From IMG/VR virus record IMGVR_UViG_3300022225_001767: a stretch of 64,000 bases of DNA; one strand, given 5' to 3'. Under the pieces are notes generated by a model. The model made no database searches and had not been told where the DNA came from. It worked only from the letters and a program-made list of their open reading frames with translations. Source of the DNA: a virus. The translations under genes and the position numbers were made by a program. This document shows, piece after piece, positions 61,637-64,000 of this stretch; positions within the stretch are counted from its first letter, which is position 1; each line of letters starts with the position of its first letter.

Positions 61637-62251
61637 TTAGCGCGACGTTAATACGTCATACTCTAAACTGTTCCTCACAATACTGCCCATGATCTCAGCA
61701 ACATCAACCAGGCCTTGCTGCTCAAGTGTCACCAGGGCTTCTTTTAACAAGGGGTGGTTGGCCAGCTCTCGCGCATCATCACTTAACGCCTCTGCGGTAG
61801 ACTCGTGCGCGTCAGCGGGCACATCGCTCATATCATCCACTTGCTGTGCGTCCAATATGTTTGATGACACTTGTGATTTCCACATATTTATTTTTTGCTC
61901 GCATGCTTTCAATGCATCATTTGGCGCATCTTCATCGCTATGCTTCTGTTGAAATACATGCGCTTTAGGGGGGAGGGCGGCCAGCACGTCTGACGCCCTA
62001 ACCTCGTGTGTATCGTCAAGTAACGCCCCCGCTTTCGCTTGGATTTTTAGCCAGTTGTACAGGCCATCAATAGCCGCAGAGGGAGCAATCACCGGTGCCG
62101 GTGTTAATTGATTGGTTAGTATCGCAATATCAGCACAGTTTTGCCCTTTTGCGATGGCGCTTCGCAGTCGCGTGGCGGGCATCTTCGTGTGCTGCGCAGT
62201 GTCTTTTGAAAATTGGTCGAGTGAATGTTTGCTATCAATAATAATAAACAC
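61637..62251 (-). CDS. Helical-motif family protein (unit H); paralog of 8150-8821
   Basis: IIDSKHSLDQFS...RLRSAIAKGQNCADIAIL; GLYNWL; EALVTLEQQGL. Confidence 0.8.
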   Translation of the reverse strand: MFIIIDSKHSLDQFSKDTAQHTKMPATRLRSAIAKGQNCADIAILTNQLTPAPVIAPSAAIDGLYNWLKIQAKAGALLDDTHEVRASDVLAALPPKAHVFQQKHSDEDAPNDALKACEQKINMWKSQVSSNILDAQQVDDMSDVPADAHESTAEALSDDARELANHPLLKEALVTLEQQGLVDVAEIMGSIVRNSLEYDVLTSR

Positions 62252-62467
62252 AATAATATCCTCTTTGTCGTCGGTATAAGGTGATGAGTTCGGCCATTGC
62301 CCAACAACCGACTAAAAAGTCATATTGTGGTTGATGCAAATAGTGGTTGATGCAGTTTACCTTACTCAGGCAGACCATAAGACAGGTCGGCGAGTGGCCG
62401 TAGAGGGATGCCGTCCCAAGCACCGGCTTATCAGATGCATAACATGCAAATGGGCAGCGCTATGGTG
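62252..62467 (-). ncRNA. Pseudoknotted leader RNA, unit H
   Basis: CGGCCA (62395-62400) pairs UGGCCG (62291-62296) in loop of stem GUCGGU/ACCGAC; TTGACA-N17-TATTAT with -35 at 62494-62499. Confidence 0.7.
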
Positions 62468-62507
62468 AAAATAATATCAACATCAACCTGTGCTGTCAAC
62501 ATAAAGC

Positions 62508-62536
62508 AAAAGGGCTGCAAGCGCAGCCCTTTTTTT
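62508..62536. terminator. intrinsic terminator between units I and H
   Basis: AAAAGGGCTGC-aagc-GCAGCCCTTTTTTT. Confidence 0.72.
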
Positions 62537-62545
62537 GATCACCCA

Positions 62546-63316
62546 CTAACTCGAAAGCGTAACTAAAAAACATCCTTCTGGAATATCATCACGTGGTACC
62601 ACAGCAAGGCCTGATGTCGTTTGGATGTCATGAAAACAAGCCAAAAACCCAGTCTTATTACGCAGCGTTTCCATAACATCTTCGCTGCTTCCATCGAAAC
62701 CAACAGGGACATGAATGGCGACGACAGAGTAAACGCCCTGAATGCGGTCGATCACATGCTCTTCAAATTGGTCAATAGCGCCGATGTTTACTTTATCTGC
62801 ACCCATAAGTGTGGTTGAACTTGCATCTGGCATCACCCACTCTTCATTGGTGTTTTCATTAATATAAAGCGTAAAGCGCTTCGTATCACTCGTTTCAATA
62901 ATATCTTGCATGGCGTATTCTGCCATGCAGTGAACGGTTACATCACCCAATAAACTCTGCTTGAATTGCTGTTCGCCATTCGGGAAGCCGATAAGTTTTA
63001 AGGTAATATCGCGGAGGCGGTCTCGCCCTTTACTTTTATCCGTATTTATCGTGATATCGAGTGTGTCAGCAAGGATGCGCTTGACGTGCTCCTCAGTGAC
63101 ACAAAGTGACGCTTCGTCTTTTACCTCTGCCATAGGGTTGTTGACATAAGTGTTAACTTCACCTTTTACGACAGGGTACGCCAAGCATGAGCAAAGGGGG
63201 CATTCGCAGGTTGTGAAAGACTGACCGCTATCGAAGCGCTCACTTGCACGTCTTACAGCATTAAATTCGCTTTCATTTTGCGTAAAGTTACAGTTATCGC
63301 AGCGATAATACATCAT
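62546..63316 (-). CDS. Helical-motif family protein with N-terminal Zn-ribbon (unit I)
   Basis: GAGGA RBS before MMYYRCDNC...CPLC; RLRDITLKLIGFPNGEQQF motif. Confidence 0.78.
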   Translation of the reverse strand: MMYYRCDNCNFTQNESEFNAVRRASERFDSGQSFTTCECPLCSCLAYPVVKGEVNTYVNNPMAEVKDEASLCVTEEHVKRILADTLDITINTDKSKGRDRLRDITLKLIGFPNGEQQFKQSLLGDVTVHCMAEYAMQDIIETSDTKRFTLYINENTNEEWVMPDASSTTLMGADKVNIGAIDQFEEHVIDRIQGVYSVVAIHVPVGFDGSSEDVMETLRNKTGFLACFHDIQTTSGLAVVPRDDIPEGCFLVTLSS

Positions 63317-63515
63317 CGTATTCCTCATAGTATGACAGGTTGCGTCTACGTTCCTCAACTTGTCACGTATCGTGAACAAGTATGATGTTTTTTGCGTCAT
63401 CGTAAATGGATGTTTGCGTTGCGTTATCAGCACTGCGTTATGCAGTTGTAGACGAGCCAAGGCCGCCGCCTCACATACACCACCATCAACCAATTGGTGT
63501 GGCGTCATACGTGTT
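63317..63515 (-). ncRNA. Pseudoknotted leader RNA, unit I
   Basis: CGUCUAC (63448-63454) pairs GUAGACG (63343-63349) in loop GGAACGUAGACG of stem UGACA-GUUG/CAAC-UGUCA; TTGACA-N17-GATAAT with -35 at 63545-63550. Confidence 0.72.
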
Positions 63516-63646
63516 AAGCCTATTATCCATAAATCTTGGAGTGTTGTCAATGGGTTTATTTTTAATAAGGTTTTCTTTTTATGCTTGACAACGCACTCAG
63601 AGTTTGAGATACTACATCTGTCAACACAACAACTCAGGACGCCATT

Positions 63647-64000
63647 ATGACGACCCCAACATCTACCATTGCACCGTTTGTTATTCCTGCGAACATTATC
63701 GCATCACTGCCAGATTACAGTGATGTCAGTGACACACTGCCATCCATGCAGAGCGAGCTACTTAACGCTGATGCGAATTTAAAGCTTGATGCTGATGCCG
63801 CAATGACCATTGCTATGAAAATGGGCGATGAAGCTAAAGGTCTACTTGATTGGACGCTGCTTGGGGCGTGCGGGTGGACGTTGAGCACGTTAGATGCGAA
63901 AGCTAAGAGTCGTTTCGTCGACTGGACTGAAGTTATGATAGACGCTATCACCAGCGACGACCAATGCCCGCTTAAAGAGACCGGCAAGGTTATTCTTCAT
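63647..64000 (+). CDS. hypothetical protein, runs off window end
   Basis: ATG after cassette 63585; frame open to end. Confidence 0.7.
   Translation, partial: MTTPTSTIAPFVIPANIIASLPDYSDVSDTLPSMQSELLNADANLKLDADAAMTIAMKMGDEAKGLLDWTLLGACGWTLSTLDAKAKSRFVDWTEVMIDAITSDDQCPLKETGKVILH

Larger units (their letters stand above)
638..63630. repeat. Dispersed promoter/leader cassette, about 47 copies: TTGACA-N17-GA(T/C)ACT-N6/7-GTCAACACAAC-RBS
   Basis: -35 starts (+): 638,1819,2383,2653,3794,6734,10395,11418,13181,16115,17427,19900,22446,23707,24866,26890,28333,28625,28943,29849,31276,32274,34284,35139,36705,39267,39659,40367,44465,44936,46165,47154,47614,48230,51754,52375,53205,54513,55340,56519,57437,58137,59129,59735,63585; minus-strand copies 38180-38226 and 51653-51703. 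Confidence 0.92.

Noticed and set aside
63317-63550. 78-aa N-terminal extension of ORF 62546-63550
   Set aside because: It begins at the TTG of a -35 hexamer and spans the structured leader. A GAGGA RBS precedes the ATG at 63316.
638-63630. Recurring N-terminal peptide MTTLSxFEILxLSTQQ in many track ORFs, read as a shared leader peptide
   Set aside because: It is the promoter cassette translated from the TTG of the -35 box. Many copies are out of frame with the gene, and RBS plus ATG lie downstream, so starts were corrected.
638-63630. Cassette repeats as a CRISPR array or integron attC sites
   Set aside because: Copies are degenerate, separated by whole genes at irregular spacing, and carry -35/-10/RBS geometry. 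No cas or integrase gene and no attC core-site layout was seen.
1-64000. Firm assignment as phage versus plasmid
   Set aside because: No capsid, terminase, rep, par or tra genes lie in the window, so the replicon type remains an inference.

Overview
Gene-dense accessory region of about 100 mostly short, co-oriented hypothetical genes. It probably belongs to a very large plasmid (or jumbo phage) of a marine gammaproteobacterium; the SSB looks Alteromonas-like (inference). Recognisable genes are ssb, a trypsin-like protease, a deaminase-domain protein, a NUDIX-like protein, an S24-like peptidase, a PEP-CTERM-like protein, a PcfJ-like protein, a secreted HNH nuclease, a GxSxG hydrolase and an IS200/IS605 tnpB element, which also has a 58-bp miniature derivative elsewhere in the window. 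Three layers of non-coding structure stand out. (1) About 47 dispersed copies of a sigma70-type promoter cassette, TTGACA-N17-GATACT-N6/7-GTCAACACAAC-RBS. (2) A candidate small RNA at 45941-46121 whose hairpins carry the antisense of that conserved box. (3) Nine separate units, each a box-less promoter, a 150-230 nt leader with a covarying long-range pseudoknot, and a gene carrying a shared short helical motif. This third layer is a candidate undescribed RNA-protein system. All RNA structures were folded by eye and no database searches were run.
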